Assembly: GCA_031441605.1 (NCBI GenBank)
Contig: JANNQF010000062.1
Coordinates: 157,287 to 197,286, forward strand
Source of the DNA: Deltaproteobacteria bacterium
GTDB lineage: Bacteria; Desulfobacterota; Desulfobulbia; Desulfobulbales; Desulfocapsaceae
DNA length: 40,000 nucleotides
Direction of reading: 5' to 3'
The translations under genes and the position numbers were made by a program. The notes under the pieces are model-generated. The model had not been told where the DNA came from and ran no database searches. It saw only the letters and a list, made by a program, of their open reading frames with translations. Of this stretch, positions 8,514-17,531 are shown one piece after another. Every line of letters begins with the position of its first letter. Position 1 is the stretch's first letter.

Positions 8514-9830
8514 CTAATTCGAGAGTTTCTTATGGGCATCGCTTTTGAGAAACTGTTCAATCGTCCTATAAAGCAAAAAAGGGTCCAGTGACCCCGTATG
8601 TTCACGGATGGAGTGCATTGCCAGGCTGGCTGCCCCTATGTCGACTGTTCTTACACCGAGGCGGGCAGCGGTTATCGGACCTATTGTACTGCCACACGGC
8701 AGGTCACTTCGCATAACAAATTCCTGGGGAACAATTTGTGCCTCTTTGCAAACTTGTTTATAGATGGCGGCACTCAGGCTATTTGTGGCATATCGTTGAT
8801 TGGCATTAAGCTTGATTACTGGGCCTGTATTGAGGTGAATTTCATGGGCAGAATCGATTTTGTCCATAAAGTTCGGGTGAGCCGCATGGGCGTTGTCCAT
8901 GGAAATAAGAAAAGAGTTGCTGAGAGTTACCCGTCGAGAAGTGGGGTCTGAGATAATACGTTCCAAGGCGGATTCGAGAAAGGAACCTTGCGCTCCGGAA
9001 GTAGAGGTCGAGCCGTTTTCTTCGTGGTTGGCACAGAATAAAAGGACATTTCTCGATCGTGCCGCTTTCCCTAGAGCTGTCATGCCGGCATGACAGCTTA
9101 ACAGGTTATCAAGTCGGCCAGAGCTGATAAAATCATTTCTTGCCCCGGTATATGCAGGTTCTTGAAAATCATAGCAAAACATGTCGAAGGAAAGGATTTC
9201 TTCAATTGCCGCATCTGCATGTTCTTGCAGTATTTGTTCAAGGAGAAGGCTGTTGAACTCAGGAAGTTGTTGATCGATCGCCTGAGAAAGGATCGGTGGA
9301 AGATGCTTTTGCTGGTTTATGCCGCAGTTTTTGTTTGCGTCTCGATCAAAATGGATAGCAATACTGGGGATGGTGAGTAGGGGACGGCGAAAGTTGATCA
9401 GAAACACTGCAAGGTTTCCGTTTCTCATTCTGCAACATACGCGGCCCGCCAGAGAAAGATCCCGGTCGAACCAGGGCGCAAGCAGACTGCCTCCATAAAC
9501 CTCTACGCCAAGTTGCAGGTAAGAGCCTGTTTTGATTTCTGCACGCGGTTTGATCTGAATACAGGGACTGTCGGTGTGTGCTGCCAACATTCTGAAACCT
9601 TGTTCACACGATTCGTCACTTCCCAGAATGAATGCGATGATTGCCCCGCCGTCGCGGATTAGATAATATGCTTGTCCTTTGAGAAGTTGCCAGTGTTCGT
9701 TTTCCCGCAGGCGAATAAATCCCTGTTGAGCAAGATGCATTTCAATGTTCGCGACAGCGTGGAAAGGAGTTGGAGACGAAAAAAGAAATGGAAAAAGAGT
9801 GGCATTATAAAGAGTGAAGTTCATTATCAA
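8514..9830 (-). CDS. apeB: M18 family aminopeptidase (aspartyl aminopeptidase-like, ApeB type)
   Basis: [55 protein letters not shown] and [10 protein letters not shown] match Pseudomonas ApeB ([65 protein letters not shown]). Confidence 0.88.
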   Translation of the reverse strand: [438 protein letters not shown]

Positions 9831-9905
9831 AAGAGAGCGGAAGAAATTTTCAGAAGTAAAGGCATTGAGCGGATGACTTGTGACAATTCATCGAGTCATT
9901 CCATG

Positions 9906-10631
9906 TCAGCTGTCGGCAACTCGTTGATACGCTGCAATCATAGTTCGTACAGTGTTTTGAGTAGGAATGGATCGAATATTTAGAGAAGTTTGCTTTTTAT
10001 CGGCTGGTTCTTGTCCAATAGCAGGGTTTTTTACAGCTTCCACCTGAAGTAGTTCCTCTTGACTTTGAACAAGGATTTCTTGTCTTGCTTGGGCTTCAAT
10101 GGTGCTTGCATGAGCTGCAATGCTTCGATCGGCGCCAGAGGGAGATGCAGGGGCGAGAGCAGCCCGCTTAATGGTTTGCATTTTAGCAATTGTCGCTTCT
10201 GGGGTTCTTTCCTTGCCTACATCAATTCCGACCTCACCCCCCACTGCATAGGAAACCCCGTCTGGGCCTTTCTGATAAGCATACGATGCACCACCACGGG
10301 AGTATTGTCCGGCTATAGCGAGATGAGCCTGTTCGTGGCTGCGAACCTCTCTATCACGGAGCTTAAGTTCCTGCAACTGTTTAATATCTTTGGAATCAAA
10401 GCTTTCTGTCTTCCTTTGTTCAGCATGAGCAGGGGTGTTTTGTTCCGAAGAGGCTGGCGATCGGGCAAGTTCTTGCCCCGCATCAGAAAGCCTCACTTTA
10501 TCTATGTCGCTCCTTTGGTCGGGAGTTTGACTCGTCTTATTGCTGGATACCTCTATTAGTCCCTGGTATTTACCAGAGAATCTGGATAAATTATCTGCGG
10601 CGCCAGCATGAGACGTCGAATAAATGTCCAT
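9906..10631 (-). CDS. SprA-related family protein (putative HExxH metalloprotease-like, function unknown)
   Basis: The core LKLRDREVRSHEQAHLAIAGQYSRGGASYAYQKGPDGVSYAVGGEVGIDVGKERTPEATIAKMQTIKRAALAPASPSGADRSIAA is the conserved block I recognise from the SprA-related family (PF12118-type). It contains HEQAH (HExxH). The flanks are low-complexity and disordered, and there is no obvious signal peptide. Confidence 0.7.
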   Translation of the reverse strand: MDIYSTSHAGAADNLSRFSGKYQGLIEVSSNKTSQTPDQRSDIDKVRLSDAGQELARSPASSEQNTPAHAEQRKTESFDSKDIKQLQELKLRDREVRSHEQAHLAIAGQYSRGGASYAYQKGPDGVSYAVGGEVGIDVGKERTPEATIAKMQTIKRAALAPASPSGADRSIAAHASTIEAQARQEILVQSQEELLQVEAVKNPAIGQEPADKKQTSLNIRSIPTQNTVRTMIAAYQRVADS

Positions 10632-10643
10632 AGTTATAGTGGC

Positions 10644-11690
10644 TTAACCTCGATTGCCATAGTATTCCTTTAAATCATAGAGGGTGTCCAAATACTCTTC
10701 TTTGAGTTTTAGATTATTACCTGCATTTTCAATCTCTTCAATGAGCGAGTCGATGGCAGGTCGAAGATCAATACCGAGTCGGCTGTTGCCATGTCGGTTT
10801 GCTTTGTCAACGATCAGTACAGCATAATAGCTTATCGTCATTCGTGAAACAGAATCACGTCGAAAGAGGTAGAGTCGTCCGCCAATGGTATTCAGGAAAA
10901 AACCTGCATAATCGTACAGCTTGTCTTTTGGAATAATCAAGGAGAATTCATTTTTCAGATAATCCGGATGTTCGGTAAGAGTATAAAATGTTTTAAGAAT
11001 ACTTTCGAAAGAATCTTTTTCTCGGTCAAGAATACCTTTAAGGATAACTATGTTATCCTTTCCCAATATTCGAAAAAAATGGGCGGTGTTTTTCAGCAAT
11101 GTAAAATAGTCATCGGTTTCTCTGGTAATGGCCGGTGGGTTATCGATAAGAGTCTGTAAAAGCTTGGAAAAATGTTCCTTGCTCGGATTTTTTAAGTGAA
11201 AGTCCTGCATGTATGGTTGTTTATCTAAATGGGAGTAAAAGGCCTTTAAATTATCTGCAAGTATTTGATATTGATCTCCCTTCACCTGTTGACTTGATGA
11301 TAAAATTGATTGCGGCGTTGCATCTTTGAGCGTATCTGATTGATTATCTTTTGTACTGTTGATCTGCGATTGAAGGACGGATTGTCTGGAGGTATCGCCG
11401 GCAGCAGAAGTGGGTTGGTCTTGTGTGCCGGAGGATGAGGTAGTTGTCTGGTGGAGCTTAAGTGTATTTATTTTTTCTACAGGATTCTTTGTCAAGCCTT
11501 GCGTTTGATCGGTTGATTTTGAATTATGATGAGACCCAAAAACATGTATACTCTCTGATTGCTTGTATCGCATAAAGAGAAAAAAACTACCGGCCAAAAC
11601 AACGAGCATGGCTATGATAAAAAACAGGGTACGTTTTGAACCGGCCTTCACGCGGGATCGAGGTTGGTGGGGGCGATTTGGATCATTCAT
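10644..11690 (-). CDS. Hypothetical single-pass membrane protein (N-terminal TM anchor, S/T/Q-rich linker, ~210-aa C-terminal globular domain)
   Basis: A basic N-terminus is followed by a hydrophobic helix (LFFIIAMLVVLAGSFFLFM) and ~100 aa of S/T/Q/D-rich low complexity. Then comes a structured domain (YQILADNLKAFYSHLDKQPYMQDF...RLYLFRRDSVSRMTISYYAVLIV...). The gene ends 12 nt before the SprA-related gene. I recognise no family. Confidence 0.6.
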   Translation of the reverse strand: MNDPNRPHQPRSRVKAGSKRTLFFIIAMLVVLAGSFFLFMRYKQSESIHVFGSHHNSKSTDQTQGLTKNPVEKINTLKLHQTTTSSSGTQDQPTSAAGDTSRQSVLQSQINSTKDNQSDTLKDATPQSILSSSQQVKGDQYQILADNLKAFYSHLDKQPYMQDFHLKNPSKEHFSKLLQTLIDNPPAITRETDDYFTLLKNTAHFFRILGKDNIVILKGILDREKDSFESILKTFYTLTEHPDYLKNEFSLIIPKDKLYDYAGFFLNTIGGRLYLFRRDSVSRMTISYYAVLIVDKANRHGNSRLGIDLRPAIDSLIEEIENAGNNLKLKEEYLDTLYDLKEYYGNRG

Positions 11691-11955
11691 GGTGACATTG
11701 TAATAGAATCAAACTGAAAAAAGTAACGACAGTGTCAAATAAAAGATACTTCATAGCTCAGCTAAAGTCACGGGAGAGAATTTGTATGTCCCATTATTGG
11801 CTGAAGAAGAGAGCACCAATGCTTTTATTGCTTGACTCATATCGCTGAAAACACTACCTTGAGATGTCTAATTCACAGAGGAACTTATTATTTAAGGACA
11901 ATATTTAATAGTTTGCAACAATCATTATTATTAAAACACACTAGGAGGAACACTG

Positions 11956-12885
11956 ATGGCTATTTCTGTTGTTGGACATGCAAATCCCGATACCGATTCC
12001 GTAACTTCTGCAATCGCCTTTGCCGCCCTGCTGACCGCCCAGGGCATGGAAGCAAAAGCCTGTATGCAGATCGCTGCGAAGGATCTTAATCCTGAGTCAA
12101 CTACCGTACTCAAACGCTTTGGCCTTGCTGCTCCTGAATTGCTCACTGATGCTGCAGGAAAAGAAATTGCTTTGGTTGATTTCAGTGATATCGCTCAGGG
12201 CCCCGCTAATTTGACTGCAGCAACTTTGGTTGCCGTTGTAGATCATCATAAAATTGGTGATGTAACCACTAATACTCCTATTTTATTCCGGGCCGAACCG
12301 GTTGGTTGTACTGGAACAGTATTGAACAAAATGTTTAAGGAAGCAGGTATTGCCATTCCGAAAAATATTGCTGGTGGTATGCTGGCGGCTATCCTCAGTG
12401 ATACCGTTAATTTCAAATCTCCCACCTGTACCGATGATGATAAAGCAGCGGTAAAGGATCTTAAAGTTGTTGCTGGCGTTAGCGATACCGATGAACTTTT
12501 CATGGAAATGCTCAAAGCCAAGTCGGCGGTTGCCGGAATTCCTGCAAAAGATTTGTTGTTCCGCGATTATAAAGATTTTGATATGAAAGGCAGCAAGGTC
12601 GGTGTCGGCCAGTTGGAGCTTGCAGCTCTTGATCAAGTTGCCGATGTCCGTGCTGATCTGGTGAAGGCAATGGAGGTTGTTAAGGCCGATGGGCGACATT
12701 CAGTGCTGCTCATGCTCACTGACGTTGTGAAAGAAGGAACTGAGTTGGTGGTTCTCTCCGACGACCCTGCGCTGATAGAAAAAGCCTTCGGTACCAAGCT
12801 CGCAGGTAATTCTATGTGGATTCCTGGAATGATGAGCCGGAAAAAGCAAACTATTCCTAATCTGCAGAAAGCTTTTGGTTGTTAA
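11956..12885 (+). CDS. ppaC: Manganese-dependent inorganic pyrophosphatase (family II, DHH/DHHA2)
   Basis: VVGHANPDTDSVTSAIAFA, VDHHKIGD, FRAEPVGCTGTVLNKMFKE, AILSDTVNFKSPTCTDDD and SRKKQTIPNL are collinear with B. subtilis PpaC (IFGHQNPDTDTICSAIAYA, IDHHRIAN, YRAEPVGCTATILNKMYKE, AIISDSLLFKSPTCTDQD, SRKKQVVP). A strong AGGAGG RBS is present. Confidence 0.93.
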   Translation: MAISVVGHANPDTDSVTSAIAFAALLTAQGMEAKACMQIAAKDLNPESTTVLKRFGLAAPELLTDAAGKEIALVDFSDIAQGPANLTAATLVAVVDHHKIGDVTTNTPILFRAEPVGCTGTVLNKMFKEAGIAIPKNIAGGMLAAILSDTVNFKSPTCTDDDKAAVKDLKVVAGVSDTDELFMEMLKAKSAVAGIPAKDLLFRDYKDFDMKGSKVGVGQLELAALDQVADVRADLVKAMEVVKADGRHSVLLMLTDVVKEGTELVVLSDDPALIEKAFGTKLAGNSMWIPGMMSRKKQTIPNLQKAFGC

Positions 12886-12941
12886 CGTGACTGTATTTCT
12901 GGGTATAACATATTGAGTTAAAACCAGAAAAATGCTTTAAT

Positions 12942-12980
12942 GGGGCCGGTTACGTAGTTGAGTAACGGCCCCTTTTTTTT
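12942..12980 (+). terminator. Rho-independent terminator after ppaC
   Basis: GGGGCCGGTTAC (12942-12953) pairs with GTAACGGCCCC (12962-12972) with one bulged G and an 8-nt loop. It is followed by T8 (12973-12980) and lies ~57 nt after the ppaC stop, between convergent ppaC and tlyA. Confidence 0.8.
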
Positions 12981-12990
12981 AGACTTGCGG

Positions 12991-13731
12991 CTAAGAGGAT
13001 GGACGGGAGGTAATCAAGACGAGGAACTCTTGATTACCTTTGGGGCCGAGAATAGGTGAGGGAACAACTCCATTGCTGATTAAATCTAATTTTTCAACAC
13101 ATTCGAGTATTTTTCTGATGGCTTTTTGATGCATGGCAGGGTGCGTCACTATTCCGCCAGCGCCCACCTCGTCCCATGGGAGTTCAAATTGTGGCTTGAT
13201 GAGGGCAAGAATCTTAACCGTCTGGCTGAACAGGCATACCAGAGGGGGAAGGAGGGTGGTGATCGATATAAACGATACATCCATAACCACCAAGTCAATC
13301 TCTTCCTGATTGATATCTTTGCTTGAAATGTTACGAGCGTTAAAGCGCTCTAAGACAACAACTTTCGCGTTTTGTCGGATTTTCCAGGATAATTGCCCGT
13401 AAGCAACGTCTATAGCATAAACTTTGCGGGCATTATGTCGGAGAAGGCAGTCGGTAAACCCTCCTGTGGATGCACCAATGTCTATGCAGGTCCAATTTTC
13501 AGGATCAATATTGAAATGGCTAAGACCCTTTTCCAACTTGAGGCCACCTCGGGAAACATATGGGCAACGCTCCTTTAAACGGATACTAGCTGTGCTGTGA
13601 TATAAAAAACCGGGCTTGTCGGCTATCCGATCATCCACAAGCACCTGTCCGGCACCAATCATCCCCCTAGCCGTTTCAAGAGATGGTGCCAGGTTGCTAT
13701 CGCATAAGAGTTGGTCGAGACGGACCTTCAA
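12991..13731 (-). CDS. tlyA: TlyA family rRNA 2'-O-ribose methyltransferase (hemolysin A-like)
   Basis: It has an N-terminal S4-like segment (MKVRLDQLL...ARGMIGAGQVLVDD). VSRGGLKLEKGL and the SAM-binding DIGASTGGFTDCLL..ARKVYAIDVAYGQL and DVSFIS follow. Confidence 0.88.
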   Translation of the reverse strand: MKVRLDQLLCDSNLAPSLETARGMIGAGQVLVDDRIADKPGFLYHSTASIRLKERCPYVSRGGLKLEKGLSHFNIDPENWTCIDIGASTGGFTDCLLRHNARKVYAIDVAYGQLSWKIRQNAKVVVLERFNARNISSKDINQEEIDLVVMDVSFISITTLLPPLVCLFSQTVKILALIKPQFELPWDEVGAGGIVTHPAMHQKAIRKILECVEKLDLISNGVVPSPILGPKGNQEFLVLITSRPSS

Positions 13732-13752
13732 GATTGTATCTTTGATGGGAAA

Positions 13753-14802
13753 CTAGAGTTTGCCAAGACGTTCCTGGGCTGTGCTTGCTTCCCGAGAAGA
13801 GCCATGTTTTTTCAGGAGTTTTTTGTAAATCACCTTAGCAGTCTCTTTGTCTGCAAGTTTTTCAAATGCCATACCCTGTTTAAGCATGGCCGAAGGTGCT
13901 TTATCATGTCCGGAAGATTGTGAAATGATTTTTTGGTACTGCATGATAGCCTTATCATATTCTTTTTGGTTAAAGAGACATTCCCCCATCATATATCTGG
14001 CTTCTACGGCATCGCTTGAAGATGAATTTCCGGCTATCTGTTCAAATATCGGGAGCGCCTCTGCGTAGCTGTTCTTTTCAAACAACTTTTGCGCCTTTTT
14101 CATGTTGTTGTCGGCTGGTTCACCCATTGCAGGGGGTGAGGGTTGTGTCGATTTATCTTTAACTGCAGTTGGTGCAGCCTGTTTAGTTACAGTTTCTGTG
14201 CCTTCTGTGGTCTCATGGGTTGCAGCATCCTTTTTTTCCTTTTTCTTGTCAACCGGGACTTGCTTGCTGCTCCCTTCAGATTGAGCAGCAGGACTAGAGG
14301 TTTGCGTTTTTTTCTTAGCGAGCTCAGCCATGAGAGCGGTCTCTTTTGCCTTGCGCTCTGCTTCTTTGAGGCGAGCTTCTTGAATGGCTTTTACGCTTTC
14401 CTGCTGCTGGTTCATTTTTTCTGCAAGCTTAGCTTCTTTATCGCGTTGTGCCTCCTCGAAGCGACGCATAGCCTCTTCTCGTTTTGCTGCTTCCGCTTGG
14501 GCTACATTGGAAATGGACGCTTCCAATTCTTTGTTTTGATCTTTAAGCTTCTGATTGATGTGGTGGGTTTCATCGAGTTGTCCCTTAAGCTCAAGAATTT
14601 CTTTTTCAAACTGATCCATTTGTCCAGACGCTGCCGCCTGTTTCTTCTGCAATGGGACCGTTGTAGATTTCATGTCCTCAAGCTTTTTATTGACGATGCG
14701 CAATTGATAGCGAAGTTCTTCTACGTCGTTTTGTGATGCACATTGCACGAGAAAAGGAACTACTGCTGTAATAAAAAGGATGTTAATAACAAATTTCTTC
14801 AT
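13753..14802 (-). CDS. cpoB: CpoB/YbgF-like Tol-Pal associated protein, predicted lipoprotein with an extended K/E/A-rich coiled coil and a C-terminal TPR domain
   Basis: It sits directly downstream of tolB. The signal peptide has a lipobox-like LVQC. A long coiled-coil follows (ELKGQLDETHHINQKLKDQNKELE...EEAQRDKEAKLAEK...), then a low-complexity linker. The YbgF-type TPR end is ...KAQKLFEKNSYAEALPIFEQI...ARYMMGECLFNQKEYDKAIMQYQKII...KAPSAMLKQGMAFEKLADKETAKVIYKKLLKKH. Confidence 0.75.
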   Translation of the reverse strand: MKKFVINILFITAVVPFLVQCASQNDVEELRYQLRIVNKKLEDMKSTTVPLQKKQAAASGQMDQFEKEILELKGQLDETHHINQKLKDQNKELEASISNVAQAEAAKREEAMRRFEEAQRDKEAKLAEKMNQQQESVKAIQEARLKEAERKAKETALMAELAKKKTQTSSPAAQSEGSSKQVPVDKKKEKKDAATHETTEGTETVTKQAAPTAVKDKSTQPSPPAMGEPADNNMKKAQKLFEKNSYAEALPIFEQIAGNSSSSDAVEARYMMGECLFNQKEYDKAIMQYQKIISQSSGHDKAPSAMLKQGMAFEKLADKETAKVIYKKLLKKHGSSREASTAQERLGKL

Positions 14803-14840
14803 AGCTTATAGCCTGTTTAAAAAATAATGTCGGCGGTATC

Positions 14841-16139
14841 TTACCGCGACCATTGAGGATATGTTTGGCTGCCGGGGAAGTTGAAAAGTTTCCGTTCGAA
14901 AGAACCGCTTTTCATTATACCGTAAATAGCCTGTTTATTGCCATCACGTTTTGCAAAGATAACTTGATTCCCGTCCGGCGACCAGCTTGGTGCTTCATGG
15001 TGACTCAGATCGTGGGTCAGCTGTTTGGGAGCCGCCCCGGTTTGTGGATTCATGGTAAATAACTGGTAAACACCTTCACGAAGACTCGAATACACGATGA
15101 GGTTTTCCGTTGGCGACCAACTCGGCTCGGCATTCTCGGTGCCTTCAAATGTTAACCGTCGAACATTTCTCGTTCGCATATCTAAAGAAAATAATTGTGG
15201 TTTTCCTGTTCTATCTGAGACAAAGACGACAGTGGATCCGTCGGGAGACCAGGCAGGTGACACATTAATGCCCGAACGATTAGTCAATTGTTCAATTATC
15301 TCGCCTTTTCTGTCAAGAAGATAAAGGTCGGGATTACCATCCTTCGAGAGCGTTAGAATCATACTTTCGCCGTCGGCTGACCAGGAAGGGGCAAGGTTTA
15401 AGCCTTTTCTCCGGGAAAGAGCCTGGGTCGTCTTATCTTGACGGAGGTCGGTGATATACAGGTTTTGATTGCCGCTGTGGTATGAGGTGTAGGACAAGAA
15501 TGTTCCACCGGGGAGAAATCTTGGAGAGACAGTGAGGTGTTTGTGGCGCGTAATCTGTCTGGAATTTTTCCCCAAAATGTCAGTAAGATATACTTCTTTT
15601 ATGGTATTATCTCTATTAACAAAAGCTATTTGCGTGGCGGCTATTCCTGGTTTACCGGTTAATGACTCAATAACACTGTCACAGAATTTAAACAGCATTT
15701 GGTTCTTTTGATCCATACTGCCGGAGAACGTTTTTCCCATTACGACTTCGTCTCCAGCCGCATCCTGTAACCTCATTTCCAGTTTCAGGACTTCCCCGGA
15801 AATAACATATTGTCCTAAAACAGTGTAGTCGGCACCGAGTCGTTTCCAATCCGCCGATTGAGTATCCCCATATTTCTCGGCAGGGAGTATGGCAATGATG
15901 CCGTGGAACTGTAGAGCTTGGCCGACAATATCCGCCATATCCTTACTGAGATTCTGTCTTTGGTCATTGAGGCTTTTGTTTTGAAACGATGGTACAGCAA
16001 TATTGATCTTGCGAATCTCGGGGGCGGAGATGTCGAGATATACACGGTCTGCAGCGAACGAGCCGTAGACCAAGCATAAGAGGATATAAACAGTGAGTGA
16101 AGATATTAACGACAATTTTTTAAGCATGGGTTTTATCAT
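14841..16139 (-). CDS. tolB: Tol-Pal system beta-propeller protein TolB
   Basis: A signal peptide is followed by the TolB N-domain (RVYLDISAPEIRKINIAVPSF). Repeated propeller blades then carry P.WSPDG motifs (APSWSADG, SPAWSPDGS, EPSWSP, APSWSPDGN). The gene lies after tolQRA. Confidence 0.92.
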   Translation of the reverse strand: MIKPMLKKLSLISSLTVYILLCLVYGSFAADRVYLDISAPEIRKINIAVPSFQNKSLNDQRQNLSKDMADIVGQALQFHGIIAILPAEKYGDTQSADWKRLGADYTVLGQYVISGEVLKLEMRLQDAAGDEVVMGKTFSGSMDQKNQMLFKFCDSVIESLTGKPGIAATQIAFVNRDNTIKEVYLTDILGKNSRQITRHKHLTVSPRFLPGGTFLSYTSYHSGNQNLYITDLRQDKTTQALSRRKGLNLAPSWSADGESMILTLSKDGNPDLYLLDRKGEIIEQLTNRSGINVSPAWSPDGSTVVFVSDRTGKPQLFSLDMRTRNVRRLTFEGTENAEPSWSPTENLIVYSSLREGVYQLFTMNPQTGAAPKQLTHDLSHHEAPSWSPDGNQVIFAKRDGNKQAIYGIMKSGSFERKLFNFPGSQTYPQWSR

Positions 16140-16165
16140 AGCGGTTATAGAAGTATTGGACGTTG

Positions 16166-17101
16166 TTATTGAATGCTTCCCGGTTTGAAACGAACACCTA
16201 CCTCATACCGCTGCTTTTTCAAGGCCGGTGGAATAGGCGGCAGAGGATTGGCCTTCTCAATGGTCTTGCTGACATACTGATCAAATATCGGATCTCCCGA
16301 TTTACTTTCAAAAACCATATTGGCAATATCGCCATCAATCTTGATGGTAATTACCACAATCGACGTCAAGTTCGGATCCTTTTGCAAATTCTCAGGAATT
16401 GACCAGAATTGTTGAAGTCGATTGGCAATAGCCGCGTTATATTGATTTTCAAGGAGTGTGTTACTCCCGCCTACGGCCTGGGCTGGAGCGTTGGTTTGCG
16501 GTCCCACAGCTGATTCAGTGCTTTGCGCCATCCGACCTTTATTGCTTTGAGTAAGAACGCGCCGTTCCTGTTCCAAGGCTTCCTGGGCTATTCGAGCTCT
16601 CTCCGTTAAGACCGATTCTTCTCTGAGGGCTTCTGCCAGTTTTTGAACTTTTTTCAGATCTTGGTCATTTTTCTTTGGTGGAACTTCCTGTTCTTTAACC
16701 TCTTTAATCTCTTTAATGATCTTTTGTTTGAGTGGCTTAAGCGAGATGGCTTTTGGCGGAGCGGGTGTCGGCACAGGCTCAGGTTCAGCTTTTGGTGGAA
16801 TCTCGGCAATCGGCACTTCCTTTTTGGCCTTCGGCGGAGCCGCGGCAGGAGGGGGCGGTGCAGATTCCTGTACCTTTGCCGGAGAAGGCGCTTGGGGTTT
16901 GGCCGAAGATGGCGCCGTAACCGGTTCAGCAATATTCACGAGACTCACCGTGTAAATGTCTGCAAACTTCGGTTTTGCTTTAAAAAAACCAGGAAGATAC
17001 AACGCCGCCAAGACGATCATGACGTGTATTCCAATGGCGAAATTTAATGGAAGTTTCCATTCGTTCGGCAGCATAGAAACTTCTTGGTAAGTGTGGCCCA
17101 C
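16166..17101 (-). CDS. tolA: TolA-like protein (TM anchor, Pro/Lys/Glu-rich spacer, TolA/TonB-type C-terminal domain)
   Basis: It has an N-terminal TM helix (LNFAIGIHVMIVLAALYLPGFF) and a proline-rich tract (PAPSPAKVQESAPPPPAAAPPKAKK...PEPVPTPAPPKA). A K/E helix follows, then a C-terminal domain ending ...EKANPLPPIPPALKKQRYEVGVRFKPG. The gene lies between tolR and tolB. The start could be GTG 17101 or ATG 17074. Confidence 0.7.
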   Translation of the reverse strand: MGHTYQEVSMLPNEWKLPLNFAIGIHVMIVLAALYLPGFFKAKPKFADIYTVSLVNIAEPVTAPSSAKPQAPSPAKVQESAPPPPAAAPPKAKKEVPIAEIPPKAEPEPVPTPAPPKAISLKPLKQKIIKEIKEVKEQEVPPKKNDQDLKKVQKLAEALREESVLTERARIAQEALEQERRVLTQSNKGRMAQSTESAVGPQTNAPAQAVGGSNTLLENQYNAAIANRLQQFWSIPENLQKDPNLTSIVVITIKIDGDIANMVFESKSGDPIFDQYVSKTIEKANPLPPIPPALKKQRYEVGVRFKPGSIQ

Positions 17102-17105
17102 TCTT

Positions 17106-17525
17106 CTACTCTTTCTCAGGAGGTACGGTGGGCATACCTAATTTATCGAAACCGGCTAACTTTATGTCGCCCATCACCTTAACAACGTCCCCGTATGGAA
17201 GACTTTTATCGGCATGCAAAAGAATCAGCTGATCCTTGCTCACTGCTGAATAGCGCTTTTTCAGTTCCTGGACCAAGAGAGCCTTGGTCGTGGGAACTTT
17301 ATCAATGCTTATTGTCCCACTTTTTTCCATGGTTACATTGATCCGATTGTCTTCTTGTCTTAGAGATTTTGCCGTAACTTCAGGAAGATCAACATTTAAC
17401 CCCTGGGTCATCATTGGTGCTGTTATCATAAAGATAATAAGCAGCACCAACATAACATCGACCAGAGGGGTGACATTAATATCCGCTACCAATTTTTTTC
17501 TGCCGCTGCCGTTTGTTGGTCCCAT
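17106..17525 (-). CDS. tolR: Biopolymer transport protein TolR (ExbD/TolR family)
   Basis: ADINVTPLVDVMLVLLIIFMITAPMM...LNVDLP is the ExbD/TolR signature. It is 139 aa and lies between tolQ and tolA. Confidence 0.88.
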   Translation of the reverse strand: MGPTNGSGRKKLVADINVTPLVDVMLVLLIIFMITAPMMTQGLNVDLPEVTAKSLRQEDNRINVTMEKSGTISIDKVPTTKALLVQELKKRYSAVSKDQLILLHADKSLPYGDVVKVMGDIKLAGFDKLGMPTVPPEKE

Positions 17526-17531
17526 GGTATT

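Noticed and set aside
11832-12146. 85-aa plus and 71-aa minus ORFs overlapping the ppaC start region
   Set aside because: ppaC has a strong AGGAGG RBS and begins with the conserved ...VVGH.NPDTDS. The overlapping frames have no support.
14143-14736. 197-aa ORF on the plus strand, plus smaller ORFs at 13847-14068 and 14102-14284, antisense to cpoB
   Set aside because: The translation is F/L/C/S-rich low complexity (FFLFLVNRDLL..., LLLVHFFCKLSFF). That is the expected mirror of the K/E/A-rich coiled-coil codons of the well-supported minus-strand gene. There is no RBS or recognisable domain.
16643-17047. Three overlapping ORFs (134 aa +, 92 aa -, 79 aa +) inside tolA
   Set aside because: All are R/G/L- or R/P/K-rich frames generated by the Pro/Lys/Ala-rich repetitive spacer of TolA. 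The tolA frame has the TM anchor, the C-terminal domain and the operon context.
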